The position numbers and the translations under genes were made by a program. Positions 24,497 to 37,908 of a stretch of 64,000 bases of DNA are shown piece by piece. This DNA is from Puccinia triticina (taxonomy: Eukaryota). How positions within the stretch are numbered: the first letter of the stretch is position 1; every line of letters starts with the position of its first letter. The notes beneath the pieces were generated by a model, which saw nothing but the letters and a program-made list of their open reading frames with translations, made no database searches and was not told where the DNA came from. The DNA lies in NCBI GenBank assembly GCA_026914245.1, contig CP110439.1:3472001-3536000 (forward strand), read 5' to 3'.

Positions 24497-27098
24497 GGTG
24501 GTTCTGAAAACATCTTAAAAACTGATTTGGTCAAAGAAATATTCTTGAAACCACTTCAAATGGTTATCAAAACCAACATGGTTGCAGGCTGATAAGTGTT
24601 GAAAACCAATTTGGTTGGCCAAACAGTTTTGAAAACCCAAATTGGTTGACCAAAAGGGTGCAGAAACTATTTTGGTTGGCAATTTGGTTTGAAAAATCAA
24701 GATTGGTCAGCCAAATGGTTCCTGAAACTGGCCAATCCGTTTGGATAGCCAACATTGGTGAGCCAAATGGTTTCAATAACCATATTTTGGTTATTAAGAA
24801 CATTCTTGGACGATCTTTGGTTCCAGGAAACATCTGTGCAAACCAATTTGATTTGAACAATTTCAAGAGTCCTTGCATTACAATTTGGTCTCAGGGAAGA
24901 TAATAAGAAAAGACTTTATGGAACTACAAGATATAAAAACTCCAAAAACACTATTAAGAATAAAAACAGAAACAAAATGATCAGGACATGAAGACCTGGT
25001 CCACCTCTTTCATTTTTTTCAGAGATCAGGGACACAACCTCACCAAGCATGGTATTCTCGCCAGATTGTGCCTCAACATTGCCCAGAACAGAGGAGACAG
25101 AAGACGGAACTCTGAATGTACTGGGTGTAAAACTTGTCTCTGAAAGAAAAACCAGAAGGGTCAATATGAGGACGGGGTAGTACTAGAGGGGGGACCAGGA
25201 AGGGAGCATACCTAGTCATGTTGTAGGGGGTCAGGATGCTGTACATGGCCACCACTGCTATCGCGCCTTCTTGCAGATTTCCCGCACACTTGGTCTTGAT
25301 TGTGTACTGGCTGGCCAAGGCAAGGGCTTGTTTGGAGCAGGGGGAAGCGGCACAAGTGTTGCAGACCCAGTCCTCAATAGGGGATGGGCAAGAAGGTAAG
25401 CACACTGTGGAACTTCTGCGCAATGCGTGATCTGAGCTTGGAAGGGAATAATAGCAAAACTGAGTAAGTTTAAACTATAAGGTGCTTGAAGGGCTGCCTT
25501 CCTTAATTAAGCTCTGGGAGAATGTACACTAGAATTTATAGTGTGGCGCAATCTGCTGAAGTATTCAAAAATCTAGCTATTTCAGAACCTAATAACCAGA
25601 TTTTGAGCGCTTAAAGAGAGATGTTATAATTTGACGTGATTGAGTTTTGTTAATAAGGGCAAGTTATAATTATCAATTTCTTGATTTATGATCTAACTCT
25701 TAACTATGATGATCTAACTATAATAAAGTGATGAATGCAGAAGTAATCTCTTAATATTACTATATTTTAGTGCAAGCATGGGGAAGAAAGGGAACAAGAA
25801 GGGGCAGAAGAGACCTCCTTATATAGTAAATAATCTAGTCTGAGAGTGGATTTTACAAGTGTGAAATAGAATACTACTTTGGGATGCTGTACAGTTGTAG
25901 TGTTGAAATACTAATCTATATTGGGAAGCTGTACACGATATTTGTGAAATAGTATACTACTTTGAGTTGTGATCACTTGGCTTGTTCCTCTTTGGGTTGA
26001 AAACATGATCTAAGAGTAGATTTTCTAACATGTGATAGTGGAATCTTTCAGCAGTGTCCCTTTTAGTCCTAGAATAGATTTGTACTATGTAATGGGTGTG
26101 ATTTGTATGTGAAACTAGGATTCTACTATGAATTTGATTATGTAATTAAATAGACTAGTACTGGTTTTCTGGGTGATAATATAATTGAGAAATATGTGTA
26201 AGATGTTGGTTGTAGTATGTTTTGTACTATAATGGTTTTGTTTGTACTTTATACTATATTATTATCTTAATTCTTCCCTATTTTTGATGTGTTTGTAAGT
26301 GGATTAGTCTTACCACAACACTGGATTTTTTAAGGGGGGAAAGGAGGTGTGGGACTGATGTTGATGGGAGAGACGAGGGACTCCTTGGCCTCAAATATTG
26401 ACGCCAGGCCAAACATGTTTGCCACCGGCTGACTTCTCCGCCAAATAAGGCCAAGGCTGCCACCTGGCAGGACTGCGTGGCGGGGCTTCAGCAGCCGGTT
26501 CAGGTCTGTGTTCCACTGGCTTCTCTTGGCCAATTCAATGGACATGACTATGTGCAACAAGAAACAAGGTAATCAGCGGGACAAGACAAGATGCGGGATG
26601 GGCAATGTCCGGTATGGAGTGGGTGGAGAAGAGGGACAAAGGTCATGAAGTGATTGAGATGGAAGCAACTGGGGGGATTTTCAAGTCTCTGGTTGGAGGA
26701 AGCAACTGGGGGATCTTTCCAAGTGGCCGGTTGGACATAAATATTTATATGGTATAAGTGGCTGCGCGGCCCGCAGTCCCCAGCTTGGAACGTTTACAGT
26801 TGTCAAAACTGCCTACTTAAGGATGGTTCCAAGAAATATTTCTGGGAACTGCTCTGCTAAACTTTTTGGTTTTGATGACCTTTACACCAAACATTTTGGT
26901 TTCCAGAACCAATCCCACAACATTTGGGAAAAAGTTGCAAGATTGGTTCTGAAAACTGAATCTCTTAGGGGACGGTGGTCATTCTCTCACAAAATGGTTT
27001 TGGGAACCAAATTGGTAACCAAATGGGTTCCCAAACCAAATTCAGACCAATTTGGTCCCAAAAACCACTATCCAACCAATTTGGTTCTCAATACCACC
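24497..27098. mobile_element. PIF/Harbinger-like degenerate DNA transposon containing a solo LTR
   Basis: Imperfect TIR GGTGGTTCTGAAAAC versus GGTGGTATTGAGAAC; 3-bp TSD TCA; AACCAA/TTGGTT subterminal motifs at both ends. Confidence 0.65.
25406..26317 (-). mobile_element. Solo LTR (912 bp) related to the 12413-13407 solo LTR
   Basis: TGTGGAACT...TACCACA termini; 4-bp TSD ACAC; shares GAGCTTGGAAGGGAA and GGCTGCCTTCCT blocks with the reverse complement of 13300-13407; CTATATAAGG on minus. Confidence 0.85.
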
Positions 27099-27199
27099 TC
27101 ATACACTTTTAGTGCTGTAGCAGAGATAGTGAATCTTATATTGAGGGTCTAAAACCAGTCCAATGGCCGCTAGTTACTTTTCTGGATCCCAGTAATTGA

Positions 27200-28960
27200 C
27201 AAAATTCTCCTTCATTGGCTTAACCATATCAAAGAGGCCAGCTTTGGCTTCACTAGGTCTGGTGCAACTTTTGGGGTAATAGGCAAGTTGCTTCTCAATG
27301 GCTTTCATTGCGCAGTAGGTGTGGTTGATTTTTGGGTACTGTGACCCACTAAGACAACAATGGCTGGGAGTAAGAGAGAAATATCCAAGTCATTAATTCA
27401 TAAGCAGAAGCTCATGATCCTACAAAGATACAAATAAGCTTGCCTTGGTAGAAAGGTTCAAGGGATTGTTCAATGATATTGATTTCCTCCCACTGCAAAG
27501 TTTGCGTGAGAAATATTCAAAGTTTTCATCTTCAATTTTGAGTTTGATCTGGGATGCAAGCTTGTATGCCATTGAAAAACTCAATCATTAAGAAGGTAGC
27601 ATTCCATCTTGTTGGTACATACTTGGATGGGTCTTGCATTTTTTCATCAAGGTTGACTGAAAAAAGAGCCTTATCAAAGGTGTCCATCCAGGACAAAGAT
27701 CCAGGGATGCAATGCACACTAGTTTGGACTAGCTCAACTAAGTTTCCTACAATGACAACCTTGAGCCCATCCTTAAGTTTACAACAAGTTTGACAATTTG
27801 GGCCAAAAAACAGACATGGAAGTATGGTGACTTTGTATACTACAGGTGCAGTTGGACGGTATGGAGCTTTGTCCGGTGCTAGGCCGGCGACAGCGCTGAG
27901 AGGGGAAAAGTGCCTGGTGGCTGCCCTTGTGGGATGGTCCGGAAAAGAAAGAGTCAAGGGGATTCGAGTTGATAGCTGGTGGAGTGGTTTTGAGGTTTTT
28001 GTTGAGGGTTGATCCTTGGCGGCAGTTTGGTTTGTTGGGAAAAGATCTAAGTAGAGGAGAATTATTGATGGAACTCAATGGATTCTTCAATGGGACTCTT
28101 TGACTCAGGGACTCGGATTCAGAAAAAAAAAATTGATGTTATTTTGATAACCTCCCTCTTGGATCAGAAAGGATGCTATGCCCCCATCCTCCAAGTTCAC
28201 CAATAACTTGGATTCCTGGAGGCCTGTCACAAACATATCATCATCTCCTCGCGCTCCATGCGCGCGCACCCACCACAGACAACAGAGAAGAGAAAAAAAA
28301 AAAGAAACACATCACAAAAGACACAAGGATGAATCAAGAGAAACTGAGGACCATTGAGAGGTAAGACAGAAGAGGAAAAGAGACAAGAAGAGAAAGGAAG
28401 AAATCATAAATAAACCCACAGAATTATGTTTTAGGACCAAGAAAGGGAAAGGAGTAGGGGAGATGAGAACAGAATAGAGGGGGTGAAGATGAAGAAAGAT
28501 GGAGATGAGTTATGAGTCTTGAGGATTGAGGATTGAAACTTGAGGAAATAAAAAGCTTGAGGTCTTCCAAAAAGCCTGGGTGATTGTCCTGCTGCATAGT
28601 AGACGGTGTTTTTTGTTCTGCTCCAAATACCTGGATGTTGTTCATTCCACCTTGGTCATTGGGTGAACCAGGTTTTGCCATCCTCTTTTCCATGTGAAGT
28701 GGGTATGTCTGATGGTTGGTTGGTAAATGGCTGGAATTTTGAGAAACAGAGATGCTGGAACTGGTTTTTTCCCTCCCCCCTCTTTGCCCCAGATCCCCAA
28801 TTGGGGGAAGCCCGTGGGCTGCCCATGCACCACCGGTTTAGTAAACGGGTCTGATGGGCCAAGCCAATTTTCAAAAATTATCTGAATAGTGTGTCCGGGC
28901 CCGGCCCAAACCCACCTGGCTTTGGGCCACCTTTTGGACAGCCCAACTGATAGCCATCCT
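27200..28960 (-). mobile_element. Degenerate hAT transposon fragment
   Basis: Translation YVPTRWNATFLMIE resembles the hAT transposase DxxTRWNST motif; GGGCCC/CCCA-rich subterminal zone ending AGCCATCCT near 28960. Boundaries approximate. Confidence 0.6.
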
Positions 28961-29107
28961 TAAGAGCAATGAAATATCCTTGAGGATTCCTTTGAAATAT
29001 AGTACAAAACAGATTCCTTCAATCAGGTTTTTAGTTTTGGCCTGAAGAATTTACATGAGGGTTCCCAAAGTACTGCCAAGAAAACTGTATACTCAGATTT
29101 CTTTGTA

Positions 29108-29795
29108 CAGTGCCCGGAAGAAAGTTTTCATGACATTTCTTTTGAATAGGAGACTTACAAACCATGCCTCTTAAGTTCTGAGTTATTGGGAGGATGGACA
29201 GAAAGGTTTCAAAAGAATGAATATAAGTAATGTTTTTGGAAAAAATAAGTGCATAATAGCTGAAAATATTCTTTCATGAAATGATAATTTTGGAAAATCT
29301 TTAATACTGTTCCAAAAAAAAAAAAGAAAAATCAGAATCAGTAAACTGACATCCAACATGAATGATAATAAATGAAAAAAATGAGTACCAAAATAAATTT
29401 CAAATTTTGGGTGGCAGTGAAAACACATCAAATACTGTTTTTTTTGTTACCTGCAGTGCAAATTTGGAATTTTTGATGTGTTTTCACTGCCACCCAAAAT
29501 TTGAAGTTTATTTTGGTACTCATTTTTTTCATTTATTATCATTCATGTTGGATGTCAGTTTACTGATTCTGATTTTTCTTTTTTTTTTTGGAACAGTATT
29601 AAAGATTTTCCAAAATTATCATTTCATGAAAGAATATTTTCAGCTATTATGCACTTATTTTTTCCAAAAACATTACTTATATTCATTCTTTTGAAACCTT
29701 TCTGTCCATCCACCCAATAAATCAGAACTTAAGAGGCATGGTTTGTAAGTCTCCTATCCAAAAGAAATGTCATGAAAACTTTCTTCCGGGCACTG
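29108..29795. mobile_element. 688-bp foldback MITE, Tc1/mariner-like
   Basis: CAGTGCCCGGAAG...CTTCCGGGCACTG flanked by TA; ~325-bp near-perfect inverted arms around a ~40-bp spacer. Confidence 0.92.
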
Positions 29796-32700
29796 TATAT
29801 ATGTTGTTGCTTTTTAGACTGTGTTTTTCTGTTTTTGGGATTGAAAATCCTTCCTTTGTCTGCAAGCCTGCAGGCATACTGTAACAAACAGATTACTGAA
29901 GTTTATTCTGTTTAAGTTTCCCAGAATCATTGAAGACATTCTCGACAATGAACATTTGAGAAACATGCCGCTCTTGTTCGAGGAATTTTCCTTATTTTTC
30001 CTTTTCTTTCTGTTTTTCATAATCCTCCTTGCTTTGTAGTCATTTCTGGAAATTTCCTCGCTGGTTGTTAGATTATAAATAAGTCTTTGTAGCCACCAGG
30101 AAGCTCCTTTCCTCGTGGCAAAATCTTTGTATCATTGCCTTCTTCAAAAACTTGAAATCTAAACTCATTCACAAATCAAACCACCTCACAACCGCGCAAA
30201 GCCTAATCCCAAAACATCTTCAAAGTTACCTTGTGAAAGGATGTTAGACCTTGGAAATAGGTCCGGAAATTCTGGTAGCTCGTCTGTAGTTTTCCGTTAT
30301 CCCCGGTTCCCCGAAAAACTCTAATACCTCAGGCTCACAATCATTTTGCCACCGAAATTTTTTAGCCGGTATCATCATGACTTCCACCGGCCATCTTACC
30401 GATTCTCCTTTTATTGGTCCCATTGACACTTGAACTCCACTTGAAATTAAGGTAGCGCATCTCTCGGAACAACTCTCTTCCCTCAAAATCAACAACTCCA
30501 ACCATCGCATCGACCTCAACACGCTTTTTGATCAGTTGAAGAGCATCAAGAATTATTTTGACAGTTTGGCTGAAGACATCAAGGATATCAATAGTATGAA
30601 TACTCTTTATTCGGATTTTGTTCAGCTTAAACTCAACTTCAACAACCAGGTCAATTGAATCCAGCACTCCATCAATGGCATCCTCCAATCTATTGAGAAT
30701 AACAGAATCGCGATTCAACAAAACTCCGCTCAATTAATCGAAATGGCTCGCGGCCCAACTGGAGAAGTCCCCGAACTCCAATATGCTCAGTTCACGGGCA
30801 ACACTAAGGAGACGAAGCGGTTCGTCTACTTCATCCGTGAAAAGTTGCAAGAAAAAGGCCACTGTTTCCCCTCCAAAAAATCAAAAATCAATTGGATCGT
30901 CCGCCATTTTTGACACCCCAACGGCAACCTTGGCAAAAATGTTCCAGCTTATGATTGGTGGATGGCGATTTTATTTGAAAACGCTCGTACTCAAAACCTT
31001 CCAACAGATTCGGCTTCGGTCAAAGATCCCTATGTCCTTGACGTTCTATCATCGGCCAAATCCTTTTTGTCCCATCTCGAAGAGGTATTCAACAACAAAC
31101 ATGACGGAGAGGAAGCAAATAAACGTCTCTTTGCTTTCAAACAAGGCAATCAAACAATCAAGGAATTCAACGCTCTCTTCCGCTCTCTGGCTTACTCTGT
31201 CGATTTGACGGAAGAATCCCACTGCGACATCTATGAGCAAGCCTTGAATCCAAAGGTTTTGAAGATCGCGGTCATGCGCAACGATTGGAAGAGCGCAACA
31301 ACTCTCAAAGCAAAACAAATCTTGGCCGTCTTGGTGGCCAAAGCTCAAGACAAGATCTCCTCCATTGATTCTGGCTCACTTCCTTCCATCCATCGTCGTC
31401 CCCCTCAATATCTCCCAAACCCTCCGCCCCCACCATCACCTCCAGCCCGTGTACCCGATGGCATTGTGCCTATGGATCTTGACGCGATCTCTTCAGACAA
31501 AACTTTCACTTTCCCCAAGTTTTGGAGCCTCTGCGTCCAACGAGGTGTCTGTCAACGTTGCGGTCAACAATTCGATGAAGCCCACAAGAAGCTCCGCGGC
31601 TGCACCCTTCCCAGCAGCAAACACATGGATATCAAACAAAAACTTGACCTCTTTCAACAATGGTCTTCCTCTCAAAAACATTCGGTATCTCAAATTGAAA
31701 CCAATTGAACCACTCCGGCTCTAGCCCCTTCCTTGACCATCCCCTCCTCTGACACTCGTCGAGTTTGTTCCGCCCCGGCTGTAGAATCCTCTCGATTGAC
31801 TGCCGACTCCTCTGTCGCTTCTACTAGCAGGGTCACATTGGATCACATCCCTCCTCTCAGTTTGGCGGATTATTACCTCAAACAGGCTATTGATGAAATG
31901 GAGGTGGATGGTGATGCTATTTGTGAGTCTTTAAATCCTTTCTTTACTGTCCCCTTCCCCTCCTCCCGACCCATCTTAAAGGCTTCCATTATCCACTTGG
32001 GTCTTAAACCCATAGAGGCTTCTGTATTATTCGATACCAGCGCCTCTGCTTCTTTTGTTGACTTTAAATTTGCCCGTAGGAACTACTTTTGCCTGACCAT
32101 GCCAAGGATTTGATGGAACCTTGGCCAAGTCCGGCACCATATATTTTTGCTGGCACGGGCATCTTGATTTTTCATTTCCCCAAAGCCCCTCTCAATTCCA
32201 AGTTTTATTAGTTGTTACTGAATTAGCCTCAGCCAATATTATACTAGGCCTCCCGTGGCTTGCTAAACATCATCTTTTTGTAGGGGGATCCCCCAGAAGT
32301 CTCCTTGTTCCTCAATATTTGAAGTTGTCCGAAATATCCTCCATTCATGATCTACCCTCTGAACTCAAGCAATATAGTGATGTTTTTGTGACTGATGCTT
32401 TGAGTTGCTTACCGCCCCATCAAGAGGGGTACGATTTTGAGATTAACCTTAAACCAGATTCCAAACCTCCATTTGTTGGTATGTATCATTTGAGTGAACA
32501 GGAAAACAAACAGCTTAAACGGTACGTCGATGATCTTCTTGCCAAAGGATTCATCCGGGAATCCTCTTCTCCAGCTGGTGCACCAATTTTTTTTGTCAAG
32601 ACCCCTGGTAAAGAGGACCGCCCTTGCGTAGATTACCAACAATTAAATTCAATTACGGTACGAGATTCTTACCCATTACCTGTAATTGCTAACCTGCTTA

Positions 32701-32810
32701 ATAGCCTGGCAGGCTTTAAATTCCTCTGAAAAGATTGATCTTAAAGCAGCCTTCAACCTCTTGCGGGTGGCCCCGGGTCACAAGTGGAAAACAGCGTTTC
32801 GGACACCATG

Positions 32811-34072
32811 CACCAGGAAAAAAAAAAAGTCACTTGATGACAAGTGACATCATGCCAGCTCCAGCGGGCTACCCATCATCTACCCACCATCTACCCATCA
32901 TCTACCCACCATCTAACCACTTTCAGAATTTCCACAGGAGATCCTCAGTTTTCAATGGGCACCACTGATCCCCATTTCTGGTCAGCTGATACTCAGCTTT
33001 AGCTCCAAGCTTATGCTCAGCTTTGTTGCCCAGCTCATGCTCAGCTTTGTTGCCCAGATCAGAACCAGTCCTGGCCCAGCTGCGTTTCAGCTTTTTTCCA
33101 CTCATGGCTCATCTTAGACTCATACTAGGACTATCATTGGCCCAGCCAATGCTCAGCTTTGGACCAGTATTGGCTCAGCTGATTTTCAGCTTTGGATAAA
33201 TCTCGGCCCAGCCAATGCTCAGATTATGAGTCTGACCACTCCTGTAACAGCTTATGCTCATCTGTGGACCAGCCTTGGCTCAGCTGATGCTCAGCTGTGG
33301 ACCAACCTTGGCTAAGACAATGCTCAGCTGTGGACCAGCCTTGTCTCAGCTGATGCTCAGCTGTGGACCAGCCTTGGCTCAGCTGATGCTCAGCTGTGGA
33401 CCAGCCTTGGCTCAGCTGATGCTCAGCTGATGCTCAGCTGTGGACCAGCCTTGGCTCAGCTGATGCTCAGCTGATGCTCAGCTGTGGAACAGCCTTGGCT
33501 CAGGTGATATTAATCTTTTGAATAGTCTTAAAACATCTGATACTCAGCTTTAGAACAGCCTTGGCTCAGCCAATGCTCAGCTTTGTACCAGCATTGGCTC
33601 AGCTGATGCTCAGCTTTTGAAAAGTTTTGGCCCAGCTGGTGTTAATCTTTGGAACAGTATTTTCCCAGCTGATCCTAAGCTCTGCACAAGCCTTTTCCAA
33701 GATGATGCTCAGCTTTGGACCATTGTTGGCTAAGCTGATGCTCAGATTTGGAATATTCTTGGTCCAGCTGACACTTAAGTTTGTATCAGGCCTGGAATAT
33801 CCAATGCTCAGCTGTGGCCCAGGCTCAGCCAATGCTCAGCTTTGGCCCAGGCTCAGTCAATGCCTACTGCTCAGCTTATGATGAGCATCAGCTGTTCCTG
33901 GGAAAAAAATTAGGATCAGCTGACTGTGCCACATTGAGTGCTCTGTTGCAGTCCTGCAAGCTCTAAAAGTGCTGGTGGAGCAGACTTGGAGCAGCGCTGG
34001 AGTAGCTCTGGAGCAGAAACCAAAGCTGCATCATGTCACTTGCCATCAAGTGACTATTTTTTTTTCCTGGTG
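32811..34072. mobile_element. Non-autonomous CACTA/CMC-like DNA transposon (1262 bp)
   Basis: TIR CACCAGGAAAAAAAAA..AGTCACTTGATG(A/G)CAAGTGACAT; 3-bp TSD ATG; removal restores RT FRTP-W-GLFEY. Confidence 0.92.
32985..33890. repeat. Minisatellite of 33-bp units built from 11-mers
   Basis: GCTCAGCTGTG-GACCAGCCTTG-GCTCAGCTGAT nearly perfect at 33255-33505, degenerate on both sides. Confidence 0.9.
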
Positions 34073-37000
34073 ATGGGGATTATTTGAATATTGTGTTATG
34101 CCGTTTGGCCTTGCTAATGCGCTGGCTATTTTCCAAAGATTCATCCAACACTGTTTACGTGAGTACTTAGATGTATGTTGCTTTGTTTATATCGATGAAA
34201 TTTTAGTGTTTTCCAAGACCCGTGAGCAACATTCTATAGATTTACAAAACATATTAGGTAAACTACAACAATACTCTCTGAAAGCCTCTTTCCACAAGTG
34301 TCAGTTTTTTCAATTGTTGGTCAAATTTTTAGGTTTTGTGATTTCCAGTGAGGGCTTGCCAATGGATGAAGGAAAGGTTTCCACCATTCTTGATTGGCCA
34401 CTTCCAGATAGCCTACGACAACTCCGTCGATTCTTGGGGTTTTGCAATTTTTACCACAGATTCATTCCAAAGTTTTCAGGTTTGGCACGGCCGTTAACAG
34501 AACTGACAAAAGAGGGACAGTTCACTTCTGAAAATATTCGACAAGTAGGACCCCAGTTGGCTTTCCTAGCGCTCAAGAAGTGTTTCGCTTCAGCCCCTCT
34601 CCTTCGTCATTTTGATTTTCAACTTGCCAGGGTGGTTCATGTCGATAGCTCTGGATACGCCATAGCTGCTGTTTTAAGTCAACCGGACCAATCAGGCAAG
34701 TTACACCCAGTAAGTTTCTATTCTAGGAAGCTGACCAATAGAGAACGTGGTTGGTCTATATTTGATCTTGAACTACTCACCATCATTTCTGCTTTTGAAC
34801 AATGGCAAGCCTGGCTTATGGGTACAAGGGAGCCGGTCCGTGTTTACTCAGATCATGCCAACCTTCGCCATTTTATCACTGCAAAAAACTTGACCCCTAA
34901 GCAGGCCTGGTGGGCTTCTATTTTAGATGGCTTCAATATGGCTATTTATCACATCTCAGGTAAGGCAAACCCAGCGGATGCTCCTAGCCGACGCCCGGAT
35001 TATGTAGGGGAGGGTCCTTTGATTCCCTCACAGGCAATTTCGCGGCGTATGGTTTCAGTTAATGATGTTGAAGGAATTACTCCTAGCTTGTCCTTTAACC
35101 TGTATGATCTTCATTTCCAGCGTTCCAAAACGGAAGTATTGGATTATTTTGCTAAACACTATGACAAGTTAAGACAAGAAGAGAGAGAGGAATTGATAGA
35201 GCGTGATAATATACTCTGGTTCCAAGACAGAATATTTGTCCCGGCTTCTTTGCGCACCCGTTTAATCCAACTTTTCCATGATGCACCAACCGTGGGGCAT
35301 CCGGGCATTGCAAGAACACTCTCCTTGATCATGCTCTCCTTTTCTTGGCCAGGAATCAGGAAGGAAGTCATTAACTATGTAAAGTCTTGTGACTCTTGTC
35401 GGCGTGTTAAGGCTTGTCGACATAATCCAGAAGGAACATTGAATCCCCTCCCAGTTCCACACAGTCCCTGGAGCGTGATTGGGATGGATTTTATCACTAA
35501 ACTACCAATTTCGGGAGGCTTTGACTCCATCATGGTGGTTATAGATTTGCTAAGGTCACTCACTTTGTTCCATGTAAAGAAACTTATACCGCTGAACAAT
35601 TAGCACAATTATTCAGGTCTAATATTTTTAGGCTTCATGGTATCCCGGAGAAGATAATTTTGGATAGAGGTTCTACTTTTGTAAGTGAATTTTGGCGTTC
35701 TCTCATGCGCTCCTTACGCATTACCCCGGGATTTTCTACCGCTTATCACCCTCAAACAGATGGGCAGACGGAGCGCATGAATCAGGTGTTAGAAGATTAT
35801 TTGCGCCACTTCTGCTCGTATTACCAGGATAATTGGGTCAAGACATTGGACATTGCTGAGTTCTCTATTAATAATTTAGACTCTGCGTCTTTGGGTACCT
35901 CCCCATTTTTCTTTGCTAATGGATTTCATCCCAAGTTTATTACCTTAACAGAAAATTCAGGAATCCGTTCACTAGACGATTTTATTGTTGACTTGCAAGA
36001 AATACAGGAAAAGGCTATTGAATGTCTAACACAAGCTAAACGTCGACAAGCTCTTTATCATGACGCACACAAGAAACCTTCTACTCAATATCAACCTGGT
36101 GATCTGGTCTTACTTCTTCGGAAGTTTATTCAAACCCACGGATCAATGCAAAGCTGGATTACCGATATATTGGACCCTTTGATCAAAGTCATTGAGATGG
36201 TGGGCAAGAACGCGGTCAGATTGGACATTGCACGTGAGTACCCCAAGTTGCACCCGGTCTTCAATGTATCTCTCCTGGCGAAATATCACCCTCCAAGTCA
36301 GGTCGCTGGTCGTGGAGTTTTAGAAGGAGTCAAAAATACATATTATGATTCTGGGCGCATAGTGGATTGGACAAAATTATACCAGATTTTGGATGCTTGT
36401 CAAGTGAAAGGTAAGTCACGAAAAGGTAAGTTTGATTTCTTATTATGTTGGCGCAATGCTACACTGGGAGAAGACACTTGGGTCTTTGCAGACCATATAC
36501 CATCTTATTACCAGCATTTTTTGCAGCATTACCTCTCACAATGGCGTCAATCCCAGGACCCCAAGAAAAAGAAGACTTAATAGGTCAGGCACGTTTTGTA
36601 ACAAACAGATGACTGAAGTTTATTCTGTTTAAGTTTCCCAGGATCATTGAAGACATTCTCGACAATGAACATTTGAGAAACATGCCGCTCTTGTTCGAGG
36701 AATTTTCCTTATTTTTCCTTTTCTTTCTGTTTTTCATGATCCTCCTTGCTTTGTAGTCATTTCTGGAAATTTCCTTGCTGGTTGTTAGATTATAAATAAG
36801 TCTTTGTAGCCACCAGGAAGCTCCTTTCCTCGTGGCAAAATCTTTGTATCATTGCCTTCTTCAAAAACTTGAAATCTAAACTCATTCACAAATCAAACCA
36901 CCTCACAACCGCGCAAAGCCTAATCCCAAAACATCTTCAAAGTTACCTTGTGAAAGGATATTAGACCTTGGAAATAGGTCCGGAAATTCTGGTAGCTCGT

Positions 37001-37908
37001 CTGTAGTTTTCCGTTATCCCCGGTTCCCCGAAAAACTCTAATACCTCAGGCTCACACATACGCCTCTCCTATGCAGTGCCCTCCGGGTGGGGTCGCCTGG
37101 ACCCTCTGTTTGAGAGGCTATATAGTTAAGCTACATAGCTTGGAACTCCTGCCAGGTTGAGGATGCCCACATGATGTTTGACATCAGCACAACTGCTGGC
37201 TGATCATCAAAATATAGCTTAGGAGCCAGGCTGCTACTGATATAACTATTCCAGGCCAAGCCCTCCTTTGCAGCAGTTCCGGAGTAAAGGATGGAAGACT
37301 TTTATTAGGGTATGCAGACTTGAAAGAGATTCAATGCTTATGCTATGGGGAATTGATGACGCTATGTAACAAGGAAAGGCAGGTTTGAATTGTTGAGATA
37401 TGGCGTACTGTAAAATTAAGAATTAGGTCCCTTGAGCGTAATCAGGAGGGAGGTAAATATACCACATGCGATGAAGTGTTTTGCTTTCTGTGGATTTTTC
37501 CGGTGGTTGTCGAAAAACCATGCTGGTACATCTATGTACAAAGTAGCTCCAGATTTTCAAAGGTGAGCACGAGAGGCGGCCGCGGAGTCAATCCTTTCGT
37601 TACGAATGGCTTGGTGACAGAAAGTCATGAATGGTTAAAAAAACCCCACCAGATTTCATTGTTTGGGGCAATTTCGGGTGTGCTCAACCCACCTGGCTCA
37701 ACCCAGCTTGGATGCTGCTGCGAGTGTTCACGGTTTGCTAAATAGTGTAAGTTAAAGTTAGCCTTTAGCCGTGTTCAAGCGAGATCTGGCAAATCCCAGA
37801 CGGCAGGCCCTCTGTCATCTTGATTCTTCTTCAACCACTCGAGCTGTCCTCTCCGGATTCTTGCCCCATCTCGATCGAACTCGCTCGGCGCAATCGTAAT
37901 ACCTCAAG

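Larger units (their letters stand above)
30378..36580 (+). pseudogene. gag-pol with several stops and frameshifts and a DNA-transposon insertion in RT
   Basis: gag VPMDLD, protease LFDTSAS, RT YIDE (from YIDD), RNase H HVDSSG, integrase GHPG...CDSC and TAYHPQTDGQTER. Start codon uncertain. Confidence 0.9.
29880..37056 (+). mobile_element. Full-length Ty3/Gypsy chromovirus-type LTR retrotransposon, inactivated
   Basis: 460-bp LTRs 29880-30339 and 36597-37056 (about 5 differences seen); 5-bp TSD CATAC; gag, PR, RT, RH, IN, chromodomain-like tail. Confidence 0.97.

Noticed and set aside
32985..33890. CRISPR array
   Set aside because: No unique spacers; eukaryotic minisatellite inside a TIR element
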